Origin: Gaiellales bacterium
Lineage (GTDB): Bacteria; Actinomycetota; Thermoleophilia; Gaiellales; Gaiellaceae
DNA: 64,000 nt
Assembly: GCA_046330385.1 (NCBI GenBank)
Contig: JAXLSV010000007.1
Coordinates: 44,718 to 108,717, forward strand
Reading direction: 5' to 3'
Numbering within the stretch: position 1 is the first letter of the stretch; each line of letters opens with the position of its first letter. The notes beneath the pieces were generated by a model that searched no databases, was not told the origin of the DNA, and worked only from the letters and a program-made list of their open reading frames with translations. Shown here in pieces: positions 28,414 through 38,568 of this stretch. The position numbers were made by a program, and so were the translations under genes.

Positions 28414-30435
28414 TGCGAAGTTCCCCTCGGCGTCGAGGAGAGCGCGCCAGCCGGTCGGAACCCACACCGTGGCGTCGAGCCCTTCGACGATCGCAGGCCC
28501 GACGGCTGCGTATCCGGCCGGCATCGCCTCCCAGACGAGGAGCGCGGCGTCGACCAGCTGCCCGGCCCGGTCGTCGTACGCGACCCGAGTCCCGACCTCG
28601 CCGCGATACCCGTCTGCGGCCGGGGCGCGTCGAGGCACGAGCTCCTCGATCCCGGGGGTGCGCCCGACAGCGCTCGCCCGGACCGCGAGCACCTCATGCT
28701 GGTGCCCGGCCAGCGCGAACCCGTAGAGCCGCTCGTGCTCGGCGTCGAACGCGCCGGCGACCGCCTCGACGGTCAGGGGCAACGGCGGCGCGGGAACCCG
28801 GATGTCCCAGTTCTGGCCGACGTACTTCATGTCGAAGGAGAGCTCGGTCTCGGGCTCACCGTCGTACCCCTCGTTCCGGAGCTCGCGCACGACCTCGGCC
28901 AGCATCTCTCCGGCGACCACGCCAAGCCCGCCCGCCCCCATCCGCTCGAGCCGAATCGGATACGACCGGACACGATCGACCCGCAGATCGGAGAGGATGA
29001 GCCCGCCCGCCGAGAGCAGCCCGGGATGCGCAGGGACGATCACCTCGGCGATCTCGAACTCCTCGGCGAGCAGCGCGGCGTGCAGCGGGCCTGCGCCGCC
29101 GCCCGCGAGCAGTGAGTAGTCGCGCGGGTTGACCCCTCGCTCCGCAGTCAGCGCGCGGATCTCTTTCGCCATGTTCGAGACGCAGATCCTGATCACCCCT
29201 GCCGCCGCCTGGAACAGATCGAGCCCGAGCGGAGCGCACACGTCCCGCTCGAGCGCGACGCGGGCCAGATCGGGATCGATCTCGAGCGCCCCGCCGAGCA
29301 GCGACCGAGCACCGATCCGCCCGAGCACGACGTTCGCATCGGTCACCGTCGGGTGGAGCCCGCCCTGCCCGTAGCACGCAGGCCCCGGGCTCGCGCCGGC
29401 GCTCTGCGGGCCGACCTTCAGTCCGCCCCCGGCGTCGACCCAGGCGATGCTCCCGCCGCCCGCACCGATCGTCCTGATGTCGAGCATCGGCAGGTTGAGG
29501 GGCGTCGTCGCGTCGAGCCACCCCTGGGTCGTGATCCCAGGCGCCCCGCCCGTGACGAGCGCGACGTCAGAGCTCGTCCCGCCGACGTCGATCGAGATCA
29601 CGTCTGGCCTGCCCATCCGAACGCCGTGGACGCTCGCCGCGACCACGCCGCCCGCAGGGCCCGAGAGAAACGTGTCGACCGGGCGGGCGCGCGCCGTGCT
29701 CGCGGTCATCACCCCACCGTTCGAGCGCATGATCAGCGGCTCACCGACGACACCGCCCGCCGCGAGCGAATCGGCGAGATGTCCGAGGTATCCCGCCATC
29801 ACCGGCTTCACGTACGCGTCTGCGATCGTGGTCGAGGCGCGCTCGTACTCGCGCCACTGGGGCAGGACGTCGCTCGACAGCGAGAGCCACAGCCCGGGAT
29901 GCCGCGCGCGAGCGACCTCCGCAGCGGCGAGCTCGTGCGCGGGATCGAGATAGGAGAACAGGAAGCAGATCGCGAGGCTCTCCGCGCCCTGCGCCACCAG
30001 GTGGTCGACCGCCGCCTCGACCTCGTCGAGCGCGAGCGGCTCGACCTCCGCGCCGTAGGCGTCGAGCCGGCCGGCGACGTCGCACCGGAGATGGCGCGGG
30101 ACGAGCGGCTCGGGCTCGTCCCAGAGCAGGTTGAAGACCTCGCTCTCCGGCTTGTTGCCCCGCCGGATCTCAGGGATGTCACGGTGTCCCTCGGTGGTGA
30201 GGAATCCCGTCGTCGCGCCGCGCCGCTCGATGATCGCGTTCGTCGCAACAGTCGTCCCGTGGACGAGCCGGGCGATCCTGGTTGGATCGAGCCCGAGCTC
30301 CGACAGCCCCTGGACGACCGCGCGCGAGGGATCTTCGGGTGTCGAGCGCAGCTTGTGGAAGCGTTGGCTCGCCCGGCCGGGATCGACCGCGACGATGTCC
30401 GTGAACGTGCCACCGACGTCGACGCCGACGATCAC
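28381..30435 (-). CDS. Hydantoinase/oxoprolinase A subunit (ATP-binding), copy 1
   Basis: GVDVGGTFTD, HGTTVATNA, LSGPAGG, DVGGTSSD, IGAGGGS, TVTDA; GTG 30435. Confidence 0.9.
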   Translation of the reverse strand: MIVGVDVGGTFTDIVAVDPGRASQRFHKLRSTPEDPSRAVVQGLSELGLDPTRIARLVHGTTVATNAIIERRGATTGFLTTEGHRDIPEIRRGNKPESEVFNLLWDEPEPLVPRHLRCDVAGRLDAYGAEVEPLALDEVEAAVDHLVAQGAESLAICFLFSYLDPAHELAAAEVARARHPGLWLSLSSDVLPQWREYERASTTIADAYVKPVMAGYLGHLADSLAAGGVVGEPLIMRSNGGVMTASTARARPVDTFLSGPAGGVVAASVHGVRMGRPDVISIDVGGTSSDVALVTGGAPGITTQGWLDATTPLNLPMLDIRTIGAGGGSIAWVDAGGGLKVGPQSAGASPGPACYGQGGLHPTVTDANVVLGRIGARSLLGGALEIDPDLARVALERDVCAPLGLDLFQAAAGVIRICVSNMAKEIRALTAERGVNPRDYSLLAGGGAGPLHAALLAEEFEIAEVIVPAHPGLLSAGGLILSDLRVDRVRSYPIRLERMGAGGLGVVAGEMLAEVVRELRNEGYDGEPETELSFDMKYVGQNWDIRVPAPPLPLTVEAVAGAFDAEHERLYGFALAGHQHEVLAVRASAVGRTPGIEELVPRRAPAADGYRGEVGTRVAYDDRAGQLVDAALLVWEAMPAGYAAVGPAIVEGLDATVWVPTGWRALLDAEGNFALTLDNDDYRL

Positions 30436-32444
30436 TGGGCTCCCCTCGGCCGCGCGGCGCGCACCGCGGCGCGAACCCGCTCCCAGCTGTGGCGCTCGAC
30501 GATCTGCTCCGCGTCGTCGGGGTCGAGCCCGTAGACGTCCACTGCGACCGCCGGCGAGATCAGCTCGTCGCGCAGGTCGCGGACGACGCTCTCCCGCGGG
30601 CGCTCTCGCGGGTCGCCCCAACCGCCGCCGCCAGGCAGCCTGACGACGATGCGCTCACCGGCGTGAACAGCGAGCGACGAGAACTTCGTGGGCGAGACCG
30701 CCGACGATCGCTCGGTCGCGAGCTGCTCGACGCCGTCGCGCGTGACGAGCCGAATCTCCATCGGCGCGCCGTCGCGCCCGCCGTCGACACCGCGCGCGGG
30801 GAAGCGATGGTAGTGGGAGATCGAGTTGAGCGAGACGTCGTCCGCGAGCACCTCGTATGTCCGCGTGACGCCGACACCGCCGCGCGTCCGCCCGGCGCCG
30901 CCCGAGTCGCGCCGCAGCTGGTACTCGTGCACGCGCCAGGGTTGGGCGGTCTCGACGACCTCGGGGGGAAACAGCCGCGCCTGCGGCGCCACCCAGGTCG
31001 TCACCGAGTAGCCGTCGGCCTCGAGCCGGGCGCCGTACCCGGTCGGCTCCCAGATGACGAACGCGTAGAACTCGTCGAGCACCGGGTGATGCCCGCCGCC
31101 GGTGATCAGACCGGTCGTCGCCCCGGTCGGCGCCGCCGCAGCCTGCGGCACCGCGTGTCGCAGCGCAGCGATCACCACCTCGGCGACGAGGTTGTGGCTC
31201 TCGGTGTTGCCAGCCGAGAGCGGGGCAGGGTAGTCGCAGTTGACGATTGTCCCGGGAGGCGCGATCAGATGGAGTGGGCGGAACGCCCCTTCGTTGTGCG
31301 GGATCGTGTGGTCGACGAGGTTGAAGATCGCGTTTGCACATCCAGCAACGGTGACGACGTAGGGGCAGTTGATCGGACCGGCCGCCTGCGGCGCGCTCCC
31401 ACGGAAGTCGAGCACGACGTCCTCGTCGAGCACCGCCACCGCGAGCTCGATCGGGTACGAGCCCGGCCGGACGCCGTCGTCGTCGGCCTCGATCCGCGCG
31501 TGGTAGATCCCGTTCGGGATCTCACGGATGCACGCGCGCATGCGCCGCTCGGCGTACCGCTGCAGCTCCGCCATCGTCGCGACGAGCGTCTCGCGGCCGT
31601 AGCGCGCGAGCAGCTCGTCGATGCGGCGCTCGCCGATCACGAGCGAGCCGACCATCGCCATGAAGTCGCCGTAGCTCGAGCGGGCGGTGCGGGTGTTCGA
31701 GAGCAGGATTCGCCAGATCTCGTAGTCCGGCTCGCCGGCGCGGTAGAGCTTGACCGGTGGGATGACGACGCCTTCCTGGTGGATGTCCGTCGAGTCGCCG
31801 GGCATTCCCCCGGCCGCCTTGCCGCCGACGTCCGCATGGTGCGCGATCGTCGCGAGCACGGCGAGCGGCTCGCCGTCACGGATCACGGGGCGCACCATGC
31901 AGAACTCGGGCAGGTGCGGAGTGCCGAGCATCGAGCTGTTGTGGACGAGCACGTCGCCCGGCTCGAGTCCCTCCCAGCCGAACTGCGTGATCGCCGCCCT
32001 CACCGCCGGGCGCATCGCACCCATCTGCGCAACGAACCCCTCGCGCGTCGCGACCCGCTCGAGCGCGGGGTCGAAGATTCCGACAGTGAAGTCCTCCCCT
32101 TCGAAGAACACCGGCGAGTACGCCGTCCGCGTCATCGTCAGCTGCATCTCCATCCAGATCGAGGTGAGGGCGCCGTGCACCACCTCGAGCGAGATCGGGT
32201 CGATCGCACTCTCGGGTGCCGCTGGCGAGCGCCCGAGCCAGGGCTCGAGGAGCGGCAGGCATTCCTCGAGCGGAGCGTCGAGCGACGCGAGCTCGCGGGC
32301 GACCTCGTCGCAATAGCGAGCGCCTCCGGCTCCCTCGACGACCGGGTCGCCGGGGAACAGCAACCGCCCGGTGAACGCGCACTTGGGAGCCGTGACCCTG
32401 AGCGGGTCCCGGGCGAGCGTGGTCGTCTCGAATCCGGCCAACAC
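30432..32444 (-). CDS. Hydantoinase B/oxoprolinase subunit, copy 1, with an ~80-aa N-terminal extension
   Basis: DPISLEVV, RTAYSP, GGMPGDSTDIHQEG, DSGGAG..RGG, PGGGGWGDP..R; start uncertain. Confidence 0.85.
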   Translation of the reverse strand: MLAGFETTTLARDPLRVTAPKCAFTGRLLFPGDPVVEGAGGARYCDEVARELASLDAPLEECLPLLEPWLGRSPAAPESAIDPISLEVVHGALTSIWMEMQLTMTRTAYSPVFFEGEDFTVGIFDPALERVATREGFVAQMGAMRPAVRAAITQFGWEGLEPGDVLVHNSSMLGTPHLPEFCMVRPVIRDGEPLAVLATIAHHADVGGKAAGGMPGDSTDIHQEGVVIPPVKLYRAGEPDYEIWRILLSNTRTARSSYGDFMAMVGSLVIGERRIDELLARYGRETLVATMAELQRYAERRMRACIREIPNGIYHARIEADDDGVRPGSYPIELAVAVLDEDVVLDFRGSAPQAAGPINCPYVVTVAGCANAIFNLVDHTIPHNEGAFRPLHLIAPPGTIVNCDYPAPLSAGNTESHNLVAEVVIAALRHAVPQAAAAPTGATTGLITGGGHHPVLDEFYAFVIWEPTGYGARLEADGYSVTTWVAPQARLFPPEVVETAQPWRVHEYQLRRDSGGAGRTRGGVGVTRTYEVLADDVSLNSISHYHRFPARGVDGGRDGAPMEIRLVTRDGVEQLATERSSAVSPTKFSSLAVHAGERIVVRLPGGGGWGDPRERPRESVVRDLRDELISPAVAVDVYGLDPDDAEQIVERHSWERVRAAVRAARPRGAQ

Positions 32445-32445
32445 T

Positions 32446-33129
32446 GTGTATGGTGTTCAGATCACCACAGCTGATGTCAAGCCTACCGAGCACGTCGAGC
32501 GGCTCCGCGCCCTGGGGGTCGCCGCGGTCGCCGACGCCCTCGACCGCCTGGGGGCTCGTGACCAGGTCATGCACCACTCGATTCGCCCGCTGATCGGCGG
32601 CGACCGCGTCGCCGGGCGTGCGTTTACGATCGCGTCCGAGCCAAACGACGCGCTGCTCGACGATCCCTATACCCACGAGATCGCCGCGGTCGACGCGGTG
32701 CCCGCGGGCGCGTTTGTCGTGATCGCGACGCAGGGCTCATGCGAGGCCGCCGTCTGGGGCGAGCTGCTCGGCACGGTCGCTTCACGCCGTGGAGCGATCG
32801 CGGCCGTGTCCGACGGCGCGGTGCGCGACCTCGCGGGGCTCCGCCAGCTCGCGCTCCCGACCTACGCGGCCGCGGTGAGCGCGCGCGACTCGGCCGGGCG
32901 CCTGCAGGTCACGGGGCACGGCGGAGAGGTCGTCTGCGGCGGGGTGAGCGTCGCCTCCGGCGACCTCGTCCTCGCGGACGAGGATGGGGTTGTGGTCGTG
33001 CCGAGCGCGCTCGCCGAGGAGGCGATCGCGGCAGCGGAGCGCAAGCTCTCGATCGAGGGCGTCGCGCTGAGCTCGCTCCAGGAGGGCACCTCCTTGCAGT
33101 CGATGTACGACGAGCACCGCGTGCTCTAA
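32446..33129 (+). CDS. RraA-family protein (HMG/CHA aldolase-like)
   Basis: VADALD, AGRAFT, AVWGELL, DGAVRD, GDLVLADEDGVVVVP; start uncertain (GTG 32446 used). Confidence 0.85.
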   Translation: MYGVQITTADVKPTEHVERLRALGVAAVADALDRLGARDQVMHHSIRPLIGGDRVAGRAFTIASEPNDALLDDPYTHEIAAVDAVPAGAFVVIATQGSCEAAVWGELLGTVASRRGAIAAVSDGAVRDLAGLRQLALPTYAAAVSARDSAGRLQVTGHGGEVVCGGVSVASGDLVLADEDGVVVVPSALAEEAIAAAERKLSIEGVALSSLQEGTSLQSMYDEHRVL

Positions 33130-33138
33130 CGCCGCCCG

Positions 33139-36100
33139 TTGACGCTCCACGTGGGGATCGACACCGGTGGGACGTTCACCGACCTCGTCGCGCTCGACGA
33201 CGAGACCGGCGTCACCGTGATCGGGAAGCGACCGTCGACCCCGGAGGCGCCGGCGCTGGCGATCTTCGAGGCATTCGCCGCCGCCGGCGTCGACCCGAGC
33301 ACGGCTGCGACGGTCACGGTCGGGACGACTGTCGGAACGAATGCGCTCCTCGAGCGGCGCGGCGCTCGCGTCGTCCTCCTCACGACTGCGGGCTTCGAGG
33401 ATGTGCCCGTGATCGGGCGGATCGACAAGCCCGACCCGTACGACCTACGCTGGCCGAAACCACGCCCCGTCGTCGAGCGCCGCAACTGCGTCGGCGTCGC
33501 CGAGCGCATCGCCCACGATGGCCGCACCGTGGTCGCGCTCACGGAGGAAGAGCTCGAGCGGGTCGGCCGCGAGGTCGCCGCCCGCCTCGCCGACAGCGAC
33601 GGCAACGACGACGCGGCGATCGCGGTCGCCCTGCTCTTCTCGTTTGCCAACCCGACGCACGAGGACCGTCTCGCCCACTTCCTCGAAGCCCGCTTCCCGG
33701 ACGTTCCCCTCTCGATCTCGTCTCGGACGGCCCCGGTCTGGCGCGAGCACGAGCGGACGTCCACCACCGTGATCGACGCCTATCTTGCGCCTTCGGTCGC
33801 CCGGCTCGCACGGGAGCTCGAGGAGGGTCTCGCGTCGCGGGGCTTCCGCGGGCCGGTGTCGGTCATGAAGTCGAACGGCGGCCGAATGCTCGCCGCGGTA
33901 GCGGGCGCCCAGGCCGCCGAGACCGTGCTTTCGGGGCTGTCGGGCGGGATCGTCGCGGGTCGGCACTTTGGGCTCGCGGCCGGTGCGCGCGACGTCGTCA
34001 CGCTCGACATGGGCGGGACGAGCGCGGATATCGGCCTCGTTCGCGACGGCGAGATTCAGCACGTCCCTGACTTCGAGCTCGAGTTCGGTGTGCCGGTCGC
34101 CGCGCCGGCGATCGACCTCGTCACGATCGGGGCGGGCGGCGGCTCGATCGCGTGGATCGACGACGGCGGGATGCTGAGGGTGGGGCCGCGCAGCGCGGGC
34201 GCGAGGCCCGGGCCTGCCTGCTACGCGCTCGGTGGCACCGAGCCGACCGTCACCGACGCGAACCTCGTCCTCGGTCGCATCGACCCCGCGTACTTCCTGG
34301 GCGGCAGCGTCGGGCTCGACGCCGAGCTCGCACATGCGGCCCTCGAGCGCATCGGTGCCCAGATCGGGCTGGACGTCGCGGCCACCGCCGCGGCCGTGAT
34401 CGAGATCGCGAACGAGGCGATGGCGACCACGATCCGCCGCGTCGCGGTCGAGCGAGGCGTCGACCCCCGCGACTTCGAGCTCGTCGCCTTCGGCGGCGCC
34501 GGGCCGCTGCACGCCGCCGCGATCGCGGAGTCGATCGGGATGCGCGGCGTCATCGTGCCCCCGCACCCGGGCCTCGCGTCCGCTTTCGGGACGCTCCTCG
34601 CCGATCGTCGCGTCGATCGCCGCTGGACGCACTACTCGCGCTCCGACACCGTCGACATCGACGCTCTTACCGCCAGGCTCGAGACGATGGAGCGCGAGGC
34701 ACGGGCTGAGCTCGCGGTCGAGGGGTTCTCCGGCGAGCCACGCATCTCCCGCTCGTTGAGCCTTCGCTATGCGGGCCAGAACTACGAGCGGGACGTCGCG
34801 GTCGCCCCGGGCCCGATCACCGCCGCCGGGCTCGCGGAGATCCTCGCGGCATTCCACGAGGAGCATCGACGAACATACGGGTACAGCTTCCCGGGCGAGA
34901 CGGTCGAGATCATCCACGCGAACGTCGTCGCGCTCGGATCGGGGGCAGTCGCGACCCCGCGGCAGCTGCCACAGGCGCCGCTTCCAGAGCCGACCTCGGT
35001 GCGTGCGGTCCGGTTTGGCGACGAGGTGATGCCGACTCCGCGGTACCGGCGGGACGCGCTCCCGCGCGGCGCGGTGCTCGCGGGCCCGTGCATCGTCGAG
35101 GAGGTCGATTCCACGACGCTCGTCCCTCCCGACCACCAGGTGACCGTGTTCGCCGACGGCCTCCTGCGCATCGCGCCGGCGCCCGGCAGCCGCCCGCCCC
35201 GCAGGGCCCGTGGCGTGGACGCGGTGACGATGAGCATCGTCGGCGAGCAGCTCGTCGGGATTGCCCAGGAGATGGGAACGCACATGATGCGCGCCGCCTA
35301 CTCCCCCATCTTCAGCGAGTCACGCGACTTCTCGTGCGCGCTCTTCGATCCGCAGGGCCGCATGGTCGCGCAGGGCCGCTTCAACCCGGCTCACCTGGGC
35401 GCGATCGGCGAGACGGTGCGCTGCGTGATCGACGAGCTCGGCCTCAACGCCATCGAGGAGGGCGACGTCCTCATCCACAATGACCCGTTCCGCGGCGGCT
35501 GCCACATGCCGGAGCACATGCTGCTCGCCCCCGTGTTCCACCGCGGGCGGCGTGCCTTCCTCGCGGCGACGATCGGGCACATGGCGGAGATCGGCGCGGT
35601 CACCGTCGGCTCGTTCGCCAGCACGGCGACCGAGGTCTACCAGGAAGGGCTACGCCTGCCGCCCGTGAAGCTCGTTCAGGGTGGATCGCTCGTCTCCGAC
35701 GTCTGGAAGATCATCCTCTCGAACCACCGCACGCCCCGGGCGAGCTGGGGTGACCTACACGCGATGATCGGCTCGCTCCGCCTCGCGGACCAGCGGCTCG
35801 GCCTCCTGCTCGAGCGGTACGGCGCCGAGGCGATGGCGGAGATCTGCGACGGGCTGCTCGCACACGGGGCCCGGCTGATGCGCCGGCGCCTCGAGGAGAT
35901 CCCGGACGGGGACTACTCCTTCCACGACCTGATGGAGGGCGACGGTCACTCGGCCGACCCGATCACGATGCGAGTTCGGGTCACGATCTCCGGGGACGAG
36001 GCGACCGTCGACTACGCCGGCTCCGACCCGCAGGCGCGCGGCCCTGTGAATGCCACATACGGCGTCACGGTGTCGGCGACCTGCAACGCCTTCCTCCAGG

Positions 36101-36984
36101 TGAGTGGGCAGGAGATCCCGCGCAACGCGGGAGCGTACGGCTGCCTGACGACGCTCGCGCCGCTCGGGTCGGTCGTGAACGTCAAGTTCCCCGGCCCCTC
36201 CGTCGGCGGCAACACCGAGACTCAGCCAAAGCTCGTCGGGATGCTGCTCGGCGCGTTCGCGGAAGCGATGCCGGACCGCGTGATGGCGGCCGAGGGCGTG
36301 ACCTCGTGCAACTTCCTCTTCGGCGGCACCCACCCGGACACCGGCGAGCCGTACGCCCACTACCACTTCGAGGCGAGCGGCTGGGGCGCCCGCGACGACG
36401 CCGACGGGAACAGCGCTCAGAACCACATCCACGGCAACTGCCGGAACACGCCGATCGAGGTGTTCGAGGCGCGGTTCCCGTTTCGCACGCTTGCGTACGG
36501 GCTCGTTCCGGACTCGGGCGGGCCCGGCCGCCACCGCGGTGGGCTCGCGATCCGCCGCGACCTCGAGGTGCTTGCCCCGGAGGTCACGGTGAGCGTGTTC
36601 ATGGACCGGGTCGAGCAGGGTGCGTGGGGGCTCTTCGGTGGCGGCGCAGGCCGGTGTGCGGCGCTGCTCGTGCGCCGAGCGGGGGACGAGCGGTTCCGCA
36701 CCTTCGTCGACGCGTTCGGAACCCGGAGCCCGTCGAAGCTCTCCGGCGTGGTGCTGCGCGCAGGCGACGTCGTCCGCATCGAGAGCGCCGGTGGCGGCGG
36801 CTTCGGCGACCCGCGCGAGCGTGACCCGCGACAGGTGCTCGAAGACGTCCGTGCGGGACTAGTGACGCCCGCCGCAGCCGAGCGCGATTACGGGGTCGCC
36901 TCGGCGGGCACGCCGCCCACGCTCGACGCGGCCCGCACGGCGGAACTGCGCGAGGCCGCTGGCTCGCGCCCGCAGAAGTCGTAG
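33139..36984 (+). CDS. Fused hydantoinase A-B (5-oxoprolinase-like architecture), 1281 aa
   Basis: N-half GIDTGGTFTD and DMGGTSAD; C-half RAAYSP, HNDPF, DSGGPG..RGG, AGGGGFGDP; one continuous frame. Confidence 0.9.
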   Translation: MTLHVGIDTGGTFTDLVALDDETGVTVIGKRPSTPEAPALAIFEAFAAAGVDPSTAATVTVGTTVGTNALLERRGARVVLLTTAGFEDVPVIGRIDKPDPYDLRWPKPRPVVERRNCVGVAERIAHDGRTVVALTEEELERVGREVAARLADSDGNDDAAIAVALLFSFANPTHEDRLAHFLEARFPDVPLSISSRTAPVWREHERTSTTVIDAYLAPSVARLARELEEGLASRGFRGPVSVMKSNGGRMLAAVAGAQAAETVLSGLSGGIVAGRHFGLAAGARDVVTLDMGGTSADIGLVRDGEIQHVPDFELEFGVPVAAPAIDLVTIGAGGGSIAWIDDGGMLRVGPRSAGARPGPACYALGGTEPTVTDANLVLGRIDPAYFLGGSVGLDAELAHAALERIGAQIGLDVAATAAAVIEIANEAMATTIRRVAVERGVDPRDFELVAFGGAGPLHAAAIAESIGMRGVIVPPHPGLASAFGTLLADRRVDRRWTHYSRSDTVDIDALTARLETMEREARAELAVEGFSGEPRISRSLSLRYAGQNYERDVAVAPGPITAAGLAEILAAFHEEHRRTYGYSFPGETVEIIHANVVALGSGAVATPRQLPQAPLPEPTSVRAVRFGDEVMPTPRYRRDALPRGAVLAGPCIVEEVDSTTLVPPDHQVTVFADGLLRIAPAPGSRPPRRARGVDAVTMSIVGEQLVGIAQEMGTHMMRAAYSPIFSESRDFSCALFDPQGRMVAQGRFNPAHLGAIGETVRCVIDELGLNAIEEGDVLIHNDPFRGGCHMPEHMLLAPVFHRGRRAFLAATIGHMAEIGAVTVGSFASTATEVYQEGLRLPPVKLVQGGSLVSDVWKIILSNHRTPRASWGDLHAMIGSLRLADQRLGLLLERYGAEAMAEICDGLLAHGARLMRRRLEEIPDGDYSFHDLMEGDGHSADPITMRVRVTISGDEATVDYAGSDPQARGPVNATYGVTVSATCNAFLQVSGQEIPRNAGAYGCLTTLAPLGSVVNVKFPGPSVGGNTETQPKLVGMLLGAFAEAMPDRVMAAEGVTSCNFLFGGTHPDTGEPYAHYHFEASGWGARDDADGNSAQNHIHGNCRNTPIEVFEARFPFRTLAYGLVPDSGGPGRHRGGLAIRRDLEVLAPEVTVSVFMDRVEQGAWGLFGGGAGRCAALLVRRAGDERFRTFVDAFGTRSPSKLSGVVLRAGDVVRIESAGGGGFGDPRERDPRQVLEDVRAGLVTPAAAERDYGVASAGTPPTLDAARTAELREAAGSRPQKS

Positions 36985-36992
36985 CTTGCCGT

Positions 36993-37454
36993 TCAGGCGA
37001 TCTCGAAGATCCCCTCGATCTCGACCGGGATCGCGAACGGCAGCGCGCCCATCCCGATCGCCGAGCGCGCGTGGCGACCGCGTTCCTCACCGAACACCGA
37101 GACCAGGAGATCGCTCGCACCGTTGGCGACCGTCGGCTGCTCGCCGAACTCCGGATCCGAGTTGACGAGGACGAGCAGCTTGACCACGCGCCTCACGCGA
37201 TCGAGCTCCCCGATCTCGGCCTTCAGGCTCGCAAGCAGATTGACGGTCGTGAGCTGGGCCGCCTCCTGCCCGGTCGCGACGTCGACCTCACGCCCGAGCT
37301 TGCCCTTGTAGACGAACTCCCCGTCCCGGTACGGCCCATGCCCGGAGACGAACACGATGTTGCCGACCGTGACGGCGCCGACGTAGTTCCCGACCGCGGG
37401 GTTGACGGGTGGAAGCTCGATGCCGAGCTCCGCGAGACGCTGTTCTGGGGTCAT
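36993..37454 (-). CDS. RidA-superfamily protein (long, YjgH/Rid4-7-like)
   Basis: GNYV, VFVSGHGP, ANGASDLL, HARSAIG, VEIE. Confidence 0.85.
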   Translation of the reverse strand: MTPEQRLAELGIELPPVNPAVGNYVGAVTVGNIVFVSGHGPYRDGEFVYKGKLGREVDVATGQEAAQLTTVNLLASLKAEIGELDRVRRVVKLLVLVNSDPEFGEQPTVANGASDLLVSVFGEERGRHARSAIGMGALPFAIPVEIEGIFEIA

Positions 37455-37508
37455 GTGGGCCTCCGTTCGACGCAGTGGACTCAGGCTGCTCGGGCGGTCG
37501 GCGAGCGG

Positions 37509-38567
37509 CTACCGCAGCCTCCCGCGCGCGGCGACGGGCCAGGTGCCGACGACGCGACCGCCACGGTGAACGACGACCTCGTCGTGCAGGTTCGTGCAGC
37601 CGCAGGCGTGGTTGGGAACGATCGTGACGACCTCCCCCACCACCGGCCGGGTGCTGCACGCCTCGAAGTCGACGTGACCGTGCTCCTCCGACAGCGTCTG
37701 GATGCGCGCCTCCGGGTACTCGACGATCAGGCCGTAGTCGTCGCGACCCGCACCTTCGGCCGGGTCGTTCGTGAGGGTCTTCGACCCGCAGTCGAGGATC
37801 CCCCGCTCCGCCGTCGGCCGGCTCACAACCGTTGCCCGTATACGCAACGCACAGTCGGCGAGCGGGACGCTCCCGTTGGCGATGCACGAGCGGTCGCCGT
37901 AGACGTACGTTCCCGCGCGGACCTCGGTGACCTCCGGGGTCTCGTGGCTCGCGAAGAACCCCGGGGTGCCGCCACCGCTGACGATCGTCGCCTCGAGGCC
38001 CCGCTGCCCGAGCTCGGCGATCGCCTCGCGTACCCACGCGCCCGTTCCCGGGAGCGTCGGGTAGGTCATCAGGCCGTCGAAGCGAAGGCCCGGCAGCTCG
38101 CTCACGAGCTGCGCGAGCTCCGCCGCGGCGACCGGGGTCTGGACACCCGTCCGGGCGAAACCGGTGTCGCACTCGACGAGAAACCCCGCCTCGGCGCCGA
38201 ACGCGTCGAGCGCGGCCGAGAGGCCACGTACCACCACCTCGGAGTCGCCGACGCCACGGAGCGTCCCCTCGCTCGCGAGCGTCGCGAACCGCTCCGCCTT
38301 CTGCGGCCCGACGAGCGGGAACGTGATGAGGATGTCGTCGATTCCCGCTGCGCGCATCACCTCGGCCTCACCGAGCTTCTGGCACGCGATCCCGACCGCC
38401 CCGGCGGCGAGCTGGAGGTGGGCGAGCGCCGGCAGCTTGTGCGTCTTGATGTGCGGGCGAAACGCGAGCCCGTGAGCGTCGCAATACGCCTGCATCCGCG
38501 CGATGTTACGACCGACCGCGTCGAGATCGACGGTGGCGACCGGCGTGTCGAGGGTCGCCAGGAGCAT
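37509..38567 (-). CDS. Alanine-racemase-fold PLP enzyme (D-threonine aldolase/D-serine dehydratase-like)
   Basis: TPVATVDL, FRPHIKTHK (PLP Lys), ECDTG..RTG, SGGGTP, SEEHG, VPNHAC; ATG 38567. Confidence 0.85.
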   Translation of the reverse strand: MLLATLDTPVATVDLDAVGRNIARMQAYCDAHGLAFRPHIKTHKLPALAHLQLAAGAVGIACQKLGEAEVMRAAGIDDILITFPLVGPQKAERFATLASEGTLRGVGDSEVVVRGLSAALDAFGAEAGFLVECDTGFARTGVQTPVAAAELAQLVSELPGLRFDGLMTYPTLPGTGAWVREAIAELGQRGLEATIVSGGGTPGFFASHETPEVTEVRAGTYVYGDRSCIANGSVPLADCALRIRATVVSRPTAERGILDCGSKTLTNDPAEGAGRDDYGLIVEYPEARIQTLSEEHGHVDFEACSTRPVVGEVVTIVPNHACGCTNLHDEVVVHRGGRVVGTWPVAARGRLR

Positions 38568-38568
38568 C

